From Vicinamibacteria bacterium (lineage in GTDB: Bacteria > Acidobacteriota > Vicinamibacteria > Vicinamibacterales > JAENWD01), in the NCBI GenBank assembly GCA_963743245.1, contig CAVUPP010000020.1, positions 768,167 through 832,166 of the forward strand: a stretch of DNA of 64,000 bases. The letters are read 5' to 3'. Position 1 is the first letter of the stretch; each line of letters opens with the position of its first letter. This document shows positions 38,692 to 48,606 of this stretch, piece after piece. The translations under genes and the position numbers were made by a program. A model generated the notes under the pieces. That model did not search any database. It had not been told where the DNA came from and worked only from the letters and a program-made list of their open reading frames with translations.

Positions 38692-39321
38692 GTGACATTC
38701 CAGGTCGGCGACAAGGTCATCTACCCCAACCACGGTCTCGGCGTTGTCGAACGGATCGAAGACAAGACCATCCTCGGTACCACCTGCGGCTTCTATCACT
38801 TGCGGATCATCGCCAACGAAACGACGGTGCTCGTCCCGCTCGCGAATGCGGAGGGCGTCGGACTACGTCGCGCGATCACGGATCAGGAAGTGGAGCGGCT
38901 CTTCGGGCGACTCGGGGACGGCAAGATTGACGATCATCAGAACTGGAAAGGTCGTTTCAAGGACAATTCGGACAAGATGCGCACCGGCGACATCTACGAC
39001 GTCGCGGACGTGCTGAAGAGCCTCACGTTCCTCGCGAAGTCGAAGAGCCTCTCCTTCCGTGAGAAGCGCATGCTCGATCGCGCACGCTTCCTGATCGTGT
39101 CAGAGATCTCGGAAGTGATGCGCCTCACGAGCGAGAACGTCGAAGGGCGCGTGACACAGGCGCTCGAGCGTTGCTTCGTGGCCAAGGCCCGTGCCGCGCA
39201 GCGCACCGCACCGGTTGCGCGTGCCGCTGTGGCAGCGAAGCCCGCGAAGGCCACGTCGATTCCCACCGCGCGTCCCGTGGCGGCCTCTGCACCGAGCCGC
39301 CGCGCCGTGCGAGCGTCGTAA
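38692..39321 (+). CDS. carD: CarD-family transcriptional regulator
   Basis: Contains FQVGDKVIYPNHGLGVVERIEDKTILG...FYHLRI. The GTG at 38692 has a GGGGGA ribosome-binding site upstream. Confidence 0.88.
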   Translation: MTFQVGDKVIYPNHGLGVVERIEDKTILGTTCGFYHLRIIANETTVLVPLANAEGVGLRRAITDQEVERLFGRLGDGKIDDHQNWKGRFKDNSDKMRTGDIYDVADVLKSLTFLAKSKSLSFREKRMLDRARFLIVSEISEVMRLTSENVEGRVTQALERCFVAKARAAQRTAPVARAAVAAKPAKATSIPTARPVAASAPSRRAVRAS

Positions 39322-39361
39322 GCGCCATCACCCGGTCGTCCGGGTCTGCCAAACAGTCGTC

Positions 39362-39396
39362 AACGGCCTGGATCGGTAATGCCGGTCCAGGCCGTT
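39362..39396 (+). terminator. Perfect 11-bp stem-loop downstream of carD
   Basis: AACGGCCTGGA-N13-TCCAGGCCGTT. It has no T-tail. It overlaps the track start (39379) of the next ORF, which argues for a later plsC start. Confidence 0.45.
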
Positions 39397-39510
39397 CGTG
39401 CATCAGGCCTCTCATGCCCGCCAGCGCGCCCGACCGCACCGCACTCCGAGATTCTGCAGCTGGCGCCGAGGCGCCGCGCTCCGGTCGTCTCAGCACCATG
39501 TTCGCGGCGG

Positions 39511-40218
39511 GTGCGATCGGCTGCGACGTTCCTGTTCATCTCCCTCTATACGCTGGTCGCCGCACCGCTCGGCTTGATCGTGTTGTGGATCTTCCGCACG
39601 AACGAGCTCCTCTTTGTGTTCGGGCATGGCGCAGTCTGGCTCGCGCTCAGGCTGGCTGGCATCCGATACAAAGTGGTTGGCCGCGACCATGTGCCTGCCA
39701 CGCGAGCCGTGGTCTTCTGCGCCAACCACCAGAGCAACATCGATCCGCCCGTGCTGTTCAAGGCCCTGCATCGGCGCCTCCACTTCCTGTACAAGGCGGA
39801 GCTGTCGAAGCTGCCCATCCTTGGCTATACGTTCGATGTCGGAGGCTTCGTCCCGATCGAGCGCTCGAACCGCGAGGAGGCCATGGCCTCGATCCGACGT
39901 GGAGCGGCGTCCATTCGCCAGGGAAACTCGTTCCTGATCTTTCCCGAGGGCACGCGCAGTCGCACTGACGCCCTGCTGCCGTTCAAGAAGGGCGGGTTCA
40001 TCATGGCGATCCAGGCGCAGGCGCCCATTCTACCGGTCGCCATCAGCGGCGGCCGGGCGGCCATGCGGCGGGGCAGCTGGATCGTCTGGCCCGTGCGGGT
40101 CACGGTACGGATCGGCGAACCGGTTGACACGGCCGGCCTGACCGTTGACGATCGGGATCGACTCATCGACATCGTGCGCACCCGGATCGACGCGTTGCTC
40201 GCCGCTGGCCCAGCCTAG
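39511..40218 (+). CDS. plsC: 1-acyl-sn-glycerol-3-phosphate acyltransferase
   Basis: Contains NHQSNID (HX4D) and FPEGTRS. The GTG at 39511 (MRSAATFLFISLY...) is preferred; the track start at 39379 remains possible. Confidence 0.8.
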   Translation: MRSAATFLFISLYTLVAAPLGLIVLWIFRTNELLFVFGHGAVWLALRLAGIRYKVVGRDHVPATRAVVFCANHQSNIDPPVLFKALHRRLHFLYKAELSKLPILGYTFDVGGFVPIERSNREEAMASIRRGAASIRQGNSFLIFPEGTRSRTDALLPFKKGGFIMAIQAQAPILPVAISGGRAAMRRGSWIVWPVRVTVRIGEPVDTAGLTVDDRDRLIDIVRTRIDALLAAGPA

Positions 40219-40260
40219 TGGCCACTAGTCGCTAGACCCGGCACACTCCGGGAGGGTCCC

Positions 40261-40848
40261 ATGGACACGCTGACCACACTCGGTCGCACGCTGGGATTTT
40301 CGTTCGCGGCCGGAATCAACCTGTACGCCACCGTTGCGATTCTCGGTCTGGCGTCCCGCTACGCGTGGGTTGACCTGCCGCCGGAGTATCAGGCGTTCAA
40401 CAATCCGTGGATCATCGGCATCGCGCTCGTCCTGTACGCGCTCGAGTTCGTGGCCGATAAGATCCCGTGGCTGGATTCACTCTGGGACGCGGTGCACACC
40501 GTCATCCGTCCGCTCGGCGGCGCCTTCATCGCCGTCAGCAGCGTGGGCCACGCCTCGCCCACGGCTCAAGTCATCGCCGCACTCGTCGGCGGCACGATGG
40601 CGGCGAGCAGTCACTTCACGAAAGCGAGCACTCGCGTCCTCGCCAACAGCAGCCCCGAGCCGTTTTCGAACTGGGCGCTGAGCCTCGGCGAGGACACCTT
40701 CGTCATCGGACTCGCCTTTCTCGCGCTCCGTCATCCGATCGCGGCGCTGACCGTCAGTCTCATGTCGGTGACGGTTATCGTTGTCTGCGCGGCGCTGCTC
40801 GTGAAGACGGTCAGACGGCGGTTTGCGAGAGCGAGGGCGGAGACATAG
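40261..40848 (+). CDS. DUF4126-family membrane protein
   Basis: Contains FAAGINLYATVAILGL...EFVADKIPWLDSLWDAVHTVIRPLGGA. Confidence 0.75.
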   Translation: MDTLTTLGRTLGFSFAAGINLYATVAILGLASRYAWVDLPPEYQAFNNPWIIGIALVLYALEFVADKIPWLDSLWDAVHTVIRPLGGAFIAVSSVGHASPTAQVIAALVGGTMAASSHFTKASTRVLANSSPEPFSNWALSLGEDTFVIGLAFLALRHPIAALTVSLMSVTVIVVCAALLVKTVRRRFARARAET

Positions 40849-40850
40849 GG

Positions 40851-40937
40851 GGCTTTGGGCGTTGGACTTTGGGCCTTAGGCGTTGGGTCTGGCTTTGGCC
40901 TTTTGGCGTTGGGCTTTGGCGTGGCTCAGGCGTTGCA
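40851..40937. repeat. Heptamer array, GGGCTTT orientation of the AAAGCCC family
   Basis: Reads GGCTTTG GGCGTTG GACTTTG GGCCTTA GGCGTTG GGTCTGG CTTTGGC CTTTTGG CGTTGGG CTTTGGC... Confidence 0.85.
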
Positions 40938-40948
40938 CTCGCTGGGGC

Positions 40949-41371
40949 ATGCGAGACTTCCGAAAGCTCCGGACGTACCAGCTTGCTGATGCGCTCGTCC
41001 TCACTGTCTACGACGTCACACGCGCCTTCCCGAGAGAAGAGCTGTTCGGCCTCACAAGACAGTTACGTCGGGCCGCCGTGTCTGTCCCGACCAACATCGT
41101 CGAAGGTTCTGCCCGACCAACCACGGGCGACTATCTACATTTCCTCAACATCGCCATGGGCTCGTCGGTCGAAACGGCCTATCTCGTTGGCCTGGCAGGT
41201 CGCGTAGGTATGCTAGACGGGCCCAAAGCCGACTCATTGCGCGAGCGATACTTTGAACTGAGCCGTCGGCTGCAGACGCAAATTGCTGAATTGCGCGCGC
41301 GAGCCGGGGCCGAAGCACTGCGTAAGCCCAACACCTCGCGAAACGTTAGGGCCCGGCCGGCAACGAGCTAA
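40949..41371 (+). CDS. Four-helix-bundle protein (23S rRNA intervening-sequence protein / Avd-like family)
   Basis: Reads MRDFRKLRTYQLADALVLTVYDVTRAFPREELFGLTRQLRRAAVSVPTNIVEGSAR. The ATG is at 40949. Confidence 0.85.
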   Translation: MRDFRKLRTYQLADALVLTVYDVTRAFPREELFGLTRQLRRAAVSVPTNIVEGSARPTTGDYLHFLNIAMGSSVETAYLVGLAGRVGMLDGPKADSLRERYFELSRRLQTQIAELRARAGAEALRKPNTSRNVRARPATS

Positions 41372-41380
41372 GCGCACGCC

Positions 41381-41428
41381 GAAGGCCCAACGCCTAGAGC
41401 CCAAAGCCAAGGCCAAAGCCAAGCGCCT
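41381..41428. repeat. Heptamer array, AAAGCCC orientation (inverted relative to 40851-40937)
   Basis: Reads GAAGGCC CAACGCC TAGAGCC CAAAGCC AAGGCCA AAGCCAA GCGCCTC. Confidence 0.85.
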
Positions 41429-41452
41429 CACTTAGGGCCGCGACTCTCTTTC

Positions 41453-41482
41453 TTGAGCCGGCGCCCGTGTCCGACGTATCCT
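41453..41482 (+). promoter_or_regulatory. Candidate sigma70 promoter of VWFA paralog 1
   Basis: TTGAGC-N18-TATCCT. The same hexamers and spacing are conserved upstream of paralog 2. Confidence 0.5.
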
Positions 41483-41523
41483 GATCTCGTCCAGCCCTGT
41501 TCTCCTCCCTATGGGGTGTCCCG

Positions 41524-43786
41524 GTGCGTACACGCGCGCAGTGGCTCCGCCAGGCGCGGTTCCATCGCCTTCTGACAGAAGCCGCCGTCGCCGTCCTGAT
41601 CCTCGTGATCGTCGCAGCCGTGAGTGTGCTCGGGCGGGCAGATCGGCAGGCGGCGGCTGCCGACGGGAAGCCGCAGCCGACAGGCCAGGCGCAGCCGACC
41701 ACGCAGCCGCGTCCGCCGTTCCGCGTGGGTGCGAACCTGGTCCGCGTGGACGTCTTCCCGACGAAAGACGGCAAGCCCGTGCGCGACTTGACCGCGGCCG
41801 ACTTCGACGTGCTCGAAGACGGCGTCCCGCAGAAGGTTGAGAGCTTCGAGCACGTCGAGATCAGCGGGCAGATTCCCACCGAAGAGCGCCGCGAGCCCAA
41901 CACGATGCGCGAAGCGCGCGCGATGGCCGAAGATCCGCGGAGCCGCATCTTCATCATCTTCCTCGACACCTATCACACCGAAGTAGCCGGCTCGCACCGG
42001 ATGCAGACGGTGCTCGAGCACCTGCTCGATCGGATCATAGGTCCGGACGATCTGTTCGGCGTGATGACGCCGGAGATGTCGGCCACCGACATCACGCTGT
42101 CGCGACGGACGGAAACCACGGAAGGGTTCCTGCACAAGTACTGGTATTGGGGACGGCGGGATCGGCTCGCGGACCGGGATCCGGTCGAGGCGATGTACGA
42201 GTCGTGCTATCCGGAGCAGGACACGCGCACGTGCCCGGATCCGAGAGATCCCACTGGCAAGAAGACGATCACCCAACAGAACACGTACCACTACGTTGCG
42301 CGCGAGATGATTCAACGCCGCCGCGAGAAACGCGTGCTCGATGCGCTCACCGATCTCAGCACGTATCTGCAGGGACTGCGCGAAGAGCGGAAAGCCGTGA
42401 TCGCCGTCAGCGATGGCTGGTTGCTGTTCCGGGAGAATCAGGCGCTGACGCGGATTGGCAACTGCGATCAGCCGCCGACGGGGCCGCAGATCGGAGTGGG
42501 TCCCGACGGGCGCATCACGAGTGACAAGCCGCACGCCGAAGGCAACTACTCACAGCAGACATGCGATACCGATCGGATGCACCTCGCACAGCTCGACAAC
42601 TGGCAGACGTTCCGGGACCTTCTCGATCGGGCGAACCGCGCCAACGTGAGCTTCTATCCCATCGATTCGCGGGGATTGCCTGCGTTTGATACGAGCATCG
42701 AGGAAGACACGCCGACGACGATCGGTGTGCCCGTGTACGTGGATCGTCAGATGCTCACGGCACGGATCGAGAATCTGCGGACGCTCGCCGACGCGACCGA
42801 TGGCCTCGCCGTCGTGGAGAACAACAACATCGAACTGGGCGTCAAGCGCATCGTCGACGATGTCAGCTCGTATTACCTGCTCGGCTACTACTCGACCAAC
42901 GCGAAGCTCGATGGACGCTTCCGCTCGATCAAGGTGCGCGTGAAACGGTCCGGTGTGGACGTCCGTGCGCGCCGGGGCTATAAGGCACCGACCGAAGAAG
43001 AGTTCACGCGCGGGCGTGAGATGACGGCGAAAGCCCAGGTGTCCGGTCCGCCACCGGCCTTCCAGACCGCGATGGCCTCGCTCGCCGCCGTGCGCAGCAA
43101 CTTTCGCTTCATCACCAGCGTGAGCTGGCTCGCCGCGCCGATCGACGACTCGGTGCCGGGCGCGAAGAGCCACGTGTGGATCGTCGGCGAGATGGACCAG
43201 GCGACGTCGAAAGGGCAGGAGTGGCTCGGCGGCGCCCAGGCCGAGGTGCTCCTCACTGCCGAGGACGGCGTCAAGATCGCCGAGCTCACGCAGCCTGTAC
43301 CCGCGCCCGTCCACATCGTCAGTGTCACGCTGCCCGATGTGCCGCTCGGTCCAGGTCGAGTACACGCTGCGGTTGCGCCTGAAGCCATCGGGCGGTGGCC
43401 TGCCGTTCCTGGATACCGTGCATTTTACGGTCGCCGACGCAGGCGAGCTCACGGGCAAGGCGCGACTGCTACGCCGTGGACTGTCCACCGGCGTCCAGTA
43501 CGTCGCCACGGCCGATCCACAGTTCAGACGTACGGACCGTTTGCGCGTCGAGATTCCGCTGCTGGGTGCGGTGGATGGGGCACGCGGCGAGCTGCTCAAC
43601 AAGACCGGCCAGGTCATGCCCGTGCCGGTCGAGGCGTCTACGCGTCGCGAAGATGCCGCACTGCAGTGGGCGAGTGCGGATGCGTTGCTGGCGCCGCTCG
43701 CGCCGGGCGACTACGCCATCCGGACGACCATCCAGCGCGGGACGACTACGCAGCAGATCCTGACGGCGTTCCGCATCGTGCCCTGA
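41524..43786 (+). CDS. Acidobacterial VWFA-family protein, paralog 1; 1-nt insertion at 43356
   Basis: Contains ANLVRVDVFPTKDGKPVRDLTAADFDVLEDG, IFIIFLDTYHT and VSFYPIDSRGL. Copy 1 has CCAGGTCGAG where copy 2 has CCAGGCGAG. The protein continues in ORF 43322-43786. Confidence 0.8.
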
Positions 43787-43807
43787 TCTCTCAACTCGGA
43801 TCTGGCC

Positions 43808-43837
43808 TTGAGCGCAGGCCCGCCTCCGACGTATCCT
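43808..43837 (+). promoter_or_regulatory. Candidate sigma70 promoter of VWFA paralog 2
   Basis: TTGAGC-N18-TATCCT. This is a duplicate of 41453-41482, including the shared CCGACGTATCCTGA stretch. Confidence 0.5.
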
Positions 43838-43876
43838 GAGAGCGCCAGCCCTGCTTCCCCTGTTTGGAGTGTCGCG

Positions 43877-46105
43877 GTGCGTACATGCGCCCAGTGGCTC
43901 CGCCAGGCGAGGTCCCATCGCCTTCTGATCCAGTCCTCCGGTGCCGTTCTCATCCTCCTAGTCGTCGCCGGTGTGAGCGCGCTCGCACGGGGCGATCGGC
44001 AGGCGCCGGCCACCAACGGTGCGCCGCCGAGCGGCCAGACGCAGGCGACGGCTCAGCCGCGTCCGCCGTTTCGTGCAGGAGCGAACCTGGTGCGCGTGGA
44101 TGTGTTCCCGATGAAGGACGGCAAGCCCGTGCGCGACCTGACGGCCGCTGACTTCGAAGTCTTCGAAGACGGCAAGCTGCAGAAGGTCGAAAGCTTCGAG
44201 CACGTCGAAATCAGCGGACAGGTTCCTCAGGACGAGCGGCGCGAGCCCAACACGGTGCGTGAAGCGCGCGCGATGGCCGAAGACTCGCGCAGCCGCATCT
44301 TCGTCGTATTTCTCGACACCTATCACACGGAGCTGGCCGGCTCGCACCGCATGCAGAAAGTGCTGGTCGATCTGCTCGATCGCATCATCGGCCCCGACGA
44401 CATGTTCGCGGTGATGACTCCGGAAATGTCGCCGAGCGACCTGGCACTCGCACGACGCACCGAGACCACAGCCGGAATGTTGTCGAAGTACTGGACGTGG
44501 GGGCGCCGCGATCAACCCGCGGACGTGGATCCGATCGAGCTGGAGTATCAGCACTGCTACCCGGAAACGGCGGTGGGCCGGTGCGACGAACCGTCCACCG
44601 CCGGCATGCCGCCTCGGGGCTTCTACAACGGAGTTTCGAAGGAGATGATCGCTCGGCGCCGCGAGCGGATGGTGCTCGACGCCCTTGGCGACCTGAGTAT
44701 GTACCTGGAGGGCCTCCGCGACGAGCGCAAGGCGGTCATCGCGATCAGCGATGGCTGGCTGCTCTATCGGCCGAATTCATCGTTGACGCGGCTCTCGCCA
44801 TGCGATCGTCCGTCGACCGGACCACGGCCGGTTGCGGGGGCGGATGGACGCATCGCGACCGCGGAGGGCACCTACGATCGGTGCGAAGCCGATCGCGGAA
44901 AGCTCGCGGAGCTCGACGACTGGCAGAAGTTCCAGGATCTACTCGACCGGGCCAACCGCGCCAACGTGAGCTTCTACCCGATCGACTCACGCGGACTGCC
45001 TGCGGCCGATACGCAGATCTACGAAGACACGCCGACGACGGTCGGCGTGCCGGTGTACCTCGACAAGGCGATGCTGACGACACGCATCGAGAACTTGCGG
45101 ACACTTGCCGACGCGACCGATGGTCTGGCCGTCGTCGAGAACAACAATCTTGAACGAGGCATCCACCGCATCGTGGACGACCTGACGTCGTACTACCTGC
45201 TGGGCTATTACTCCACCAACGCGAAGCTCGATGGACGCTTCCGCTCGATCAAGGTGCGTGTGAAGCGATCCGGCGTGGACGTCCGCGCACGGCGTGGCTA
45301 CAAGGCGGCAACAGAGGAAGAGATCACTCGCAGTCGTGAGATGAGCGCGAAGGTGCAGATCTCTGGACCTCCGCCGGCGTTCCAGACCGCGATAGCCTCG
45401 CTCGCCGCCGTGCGCAGCAACTTCCGCTTCATTACCAGCGTGAGCTGGCTCGCCGCTCCGATCGACGGCTCGGTACCGGGCGCGAAGAGCCACGTCTGGC
45501 TCGTCGGCGAAATGGACCAGGCGACCTCGAAAGGGCAGGAGTGGCTCGGCGGCGCACAGGCCGAGGTGCTCCTCACCGCCGAGGACGGCGTCAAAATCGC
45601 CGAACTGACCCAACCGGTGCCCGCGCCCGTCCGCATCGTCAGTGTCACGCTGCCCGACGTGCCGCTCGGTCCAGGCGAGTACACGCTGCGGTTGCGCCTG
45701 AAGCCATCGGGCGGTGGCCTGCCGTTCTTGGATACGGTGCACTTCACCGTCGCCGACGCGGGCGATCTCACCGGCAAGGCGCGACTGTTACGCCGTGGAC
45801 TGTCGACAGGCGTCCAGTACGTCGCCACCGCCGATCCGCAGTTCCGACGGACGGACCGCTTGCGCGTCGAGATTCCGCTGCTGGGTGCGGTGGATGGGGC
45901 ACGCGGTGAGCTGCTCAACAAGACCGGCCAGGTCATGCCCGTGCCGGTCGAGGCGTCTACCCGTCGCGAGGATGCCGTACTGCAGTGGGCGAGCGCGGAT
46001 GCGTTGTTAGCGCCACTGGCGCCGGGCGACTACGCCATCCGGACGACCATCCAGCGCGGGACGACTACGCAGCAGATTCTGACGGCGTTCCGCATCGTGC
46101 CCTGA
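43877..46105 (+). CDS. Acidobacterial VWFA-family protein, paralog 2
   Basis: The GTG at 43877 is homologous to the paralog 1 start (VRTCAQWLRQAR). By eye, the C-terminal half is more than 90 percent identical to paralog 1 at the nucleotide level. Confidence 0.85.
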   Translation: MRTCAQWLRQARSHRLLIQSSGAVLILLVVAGVSALARGDRQAPATNGAPPSGQTQATAQPRPPFRAGANLVRVDVFPMKDGKPVRDLTAADFEVFEDGKLQKVESFEHVEISGQVPQDERREPNTVREARAMAEDSRSRIFVVFLDTYHTELAGSHRMQKVLVDLLDRIIGPDDMFAVMTPEMSPSDLALARRTETTAGMLSKYWTWGRRDQPADVDPIELEYQHCYPETAVGRCDEPSTAGMPPRGFYNGVSKEMIARRRERMVLDALGDLSMYLEGLRDERKAVIAISDGWLLYRPNSSLTRLSPCDRPSTGPRPVAGADGRIATAEGTYDRCEADRGKLAELDDWQKFQDLLDRANRANVSFYPIDSRGLPAADTQIYEDTPTTVGVPVYLDKAMLTTRIENLRTLADATDGLAVVENNNLERGIHRIVDDLTSYYLLGYYSTNAKLDGRFRSIKVRVKRSGVDVRARRGYKAATEEEITRSREMSAKVQISGPPPAFQTAIASLAAVRSNFRFITSVSWLAAPIDGSVPGAKSHVWLVGEMDQATSKGQEWLGGAQAEVLLTAEDGVKIAELTQPVPAPVRIVSVTLPDVPLGPGEYTLRLRLKPSGGGLPFLDTVHFTVADAGDLTGKARLLRRGLSTGVQYVATADPQFRRTDRLRVEIPLLGAVDGARGELLNKTGQVMPVPVEASTRREDAVLQWASADALLAPLAPGDYAIRTTIQRGTTTQQILTAFRIVP

Positions 46106-46127
46106 TTTCGCAGACGAGAGGTGACGT

Positions 46128-48254
46128 GTGTCGCGTGAATGGGCCGCCCTCGCGGTGGCGTCGGTCGTCGGTCTCGCGCCCTGGATGCTGGCGGCCGGAT
46201 CCGGGCAGACCCAGCCCGCTGCACCACAGGCTGGCCCGGTCCAGCCTGGTCAGGCTCCGCCCGGTCCATCGCAGCCCTTCCACGTCGAAACCAACTACGT
46301 TCGAGTGGACGCGTACCCGACCGCAGACGGCCGGCCTGTTCTCGATCTGACGGCCAATGATTTCGAGGTCCTCGAAGACGGCGTTCCGCAACGGATCGAG
46401 ACCTTTGAACACGTCCAGATTCGAGACGTCGTCGTGGATACCGATCGGCGCGATCCGTCGACCATCGAGCAAGCACGGACCCAGGCGACCAATCCACGCG
46501 CGCGTGTGTTTGTCATCTTCCTGGATGGGTACCAGACGCCGGTCGAAGGCTCGTACCGCATCCAGCACGTGCTGGCCACGATGCTGGATCGGTTGATCGG
46601 TCCCGACGATCTGTTTGCGGTAATGACTCCGCGGATGTCGGCGAGCGAGATCGTGTTCGCGCGCCGCACCGAGACGATCGAAGGAGAGCTGCAGCGCTAC
46701 TGGTACTGGGGGCGTGGCGATTCGATGGTCCAGCAGGATCCGGAGGACCAGCAGATCATGCTGTGCTACGGCGACAGCGCTCCGGGGTCGAGGAACGATC
46801 CCGGCGTGGACGCCAGAGCGCTCATCGCACGCCGCCACGAAAAGCTGGTGATGGATGCGCTGACCGACCTCTCGAGATATCTCCGCGGCGTGCGGGACGA
46901 GCGCAAGGCCGTGATTGCCGTGACCAGCGGATGGCTGCTCTACCAGCCGGACAACAGCCTACTGAAGGGGCCGGGCGTCGTTGGTGGTTCGTCGCCAGGC
47001 ACGATCGGTACGGGTCCCGATGGACGGTTGACGACCGATCGCGCCGGCGCCTACCAGAGCGGCTCGCCGCACGACTGCGAGCGGATCCGGTTCGACCTGG
47101 CGAACGTGGACAACCACGAGGCGTTCTACCGCATGCTCGACATCGCCAACAGAGCGAATGTCAGCTTCTATCCAATCGACGCGGCGGGGCTCAGGGCATC
47201 GGACCATTTGATGGACTTGCCGCAGGACGTCGGCCAACGGATCCTGGAGACACAACTCGCGACCGTTCGGTCGCTGGCTGAGAACACCGACGGCGTGCCG
47301 ATTCTCGACACCAACGATCTCGGTGCCGGGGCCCGCCGCATCGTGGACGATCTCTCTTCGTACTACTTGCTCGGGTATTACTCCACGAATGCCAGGCCAG
47401 ACGGCAAGTTCCACAAAATCACGGTCCGCGTGAAACGATCAGGCGTTGACGTGCGCGCGCGTCGAGGCTACCTGGCGCCATCCGTGTCGGAGCTCGCCGC
47501 AGCTCGCGAGGCGGCGTTGAAGCCCGCGACGGCCAAGCCGCCAGACGAGATCGAACGAGCGATCGCTCAACTGGCGCACTTCAGGCCCGATCCGCACATG
47601 CTCGCTCGCGCCAGTCTCGTCACCGACGGCGGAACGCCCGCAAGTGGCCGGCTCTGGATGGTCGCGGAACTCGATCCCGCATCAGCGAAGGCGGCAGAAT
47701 GGTGGCGCGGCGGCACGGCAGACATTGTCATCTCGACGGCGAGTGGTGTGCTGGTGACGAGCAGTTCGAAGCCGTTTGCTGCCGGCGCACGCACTGTCAC
47801 TCTCGGACCGATTGCGGGGACGTTTCAGCCCGGCCATTACGTTGCCGTCGTCCGGCTGACGCCGACAGGAGAAGGCACTCCGCTGACGGCAGAGGCTCAG
47901 CTCGACACGACGCGCGATGGCGCGAACACGCCACTGCTGTTCCGGCGAACGCGCCCTGGACCTGCGCAATTCACTCCGACCGCGACGCCACTGTTCAGAC
48001 GCACCGACATTCTTCGTGCCGACGTGCCGCTCGCGACCGTCGCGGACACGGTTGACGTCTCACTGCTCGATCGGCGCGGACAGCGCATGCCTCTCGCCGT
48101 CGCCGGCAGTCTTCGCACCGACGACGCCATGTGGGCGTCCGCCGATCTCGATCTTGCGCCGCTCGCGCCCGGCGACTACGTGCTGAAGATCACCGTGAAG
48201 AACGGTACCGCCACGCGAGACAGCCTCGTCGCCTTCCGCATCGTTCCGCAATAG
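46128..48254 (+). CDS. Acidobacterial VWFA-family protein, paralog 3 (more diverged)
   Basis: Has a GAGAGG ribosome-binding site 6 nt before the GTG. Contains TNYVRVDAYPTADGRPVLDLTANDFEVLEDG, VFVIFLDGYQT and VSFYPIDAAGL. Confidence 0.85.
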   Translation: MSREWAALAVASVVGLAPWMLAAGSGQTQPAAPQAGPVQPGQAPPGPSQPFHVETNYVRVDAYPTADGRPVLDLTANDFEVLEDGVPQRIETFEHVQIRDVVVDTDRRDPSTIEQARTQATNPRARVFVIFLDGYQTPVEGSYRIQHVLATMLDRLIGPDDLFAVMTPRMSASEIVFARRTETIEGELQRYWYWGRGDSMVQQDPEDQQIMLCYGDSAPGSRNDPGVDARALIARRHEKLVMDALTDLSRYLRGVRDERKAVIAVTSGWLLYQPDNSLLKGPGVVGGSSPGTIGTGPDGRLTTDRAGAYQSGSPHDCERIRFDLANVDNHEAFYRMLDIANRANVSFYPIDAAGLRASDHLMDLPQDVGQRILETQLATVRSLAENTDGVPILDTNDLGAGARRIVDDLSSYYLLGYYSTNARPDGKFHKITVRVKRSGVDVRARRGYLAPSVSELAAAREAALKPATAKPPDEIERAIAQLAHFRPDPHMLARASLVTDGGTPASGRLWMVAELDPASAKAAEWWRGGTADIVISTASGVLVTSSSKPFAAGARTVTLGPIAGTFQPGHYVAVVRLTPTGEGTPLTAEAQLDTTRDGANTPLLFRRTRPGPAQFTPTATPLFRRTDILRADVPLATVADTVDVSLLDRRGQRMPLAVAGSLRTDDAMWASADLDLAPLAPGDYVLKITVKNGTATRDSLVAFRIVPQ

Positions 48255-48445
48255 CCGAGGCCGCGACGCTGGCGAGGCCGGCGCTTCGTGACAGCCACAT
48301 TTACACCCTTCACAGTCGTTGCGCGTTGAGACCGATCGGTCAGGCGCGTTTGTGTTGGATTCGCGGCTGCAGGCCGTTGGATGACGTGGCAGCACGATTG
48401 CACAGCTTCGGGCGCACCCGGCACGACACGACCCACCAGGCAATC

Positions 48446-48506
48446 GATCGATACGACTCGACTCGACTGATTCGATTCGACTGATTCGATTCGACCGACC
48501 CGACTG
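48446..48506. repeat. Tandem array, CGATTCGACT family (14-nt unit, equal to 2x7)
   Basis: Reads CGATACG ACTCGAC TCGACTG ATTCGAT TCGACTG ATTCGAT TCGACCG ACCCGAC TG. Confidence 0.8.
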
Positions 48507-48606
48507 AAAGACCAAACTTTTTCGTTTCGGACGCGACTCTGTCCGGCGTGTGTACGGCGGATTCGGCGTCCATGGTCGAAGACTGCCCGAGACAAGGAGT
48601 CAGGGA

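Noticed and set aside
40949-41371. A diversity-generating retroelement, given the Avd-like four-helix-bundle gene
   Set aside because: I could not recognise a reverse transcriptase gene or a template/variable repeat pair with adenine-specific differences anywhere nearby.
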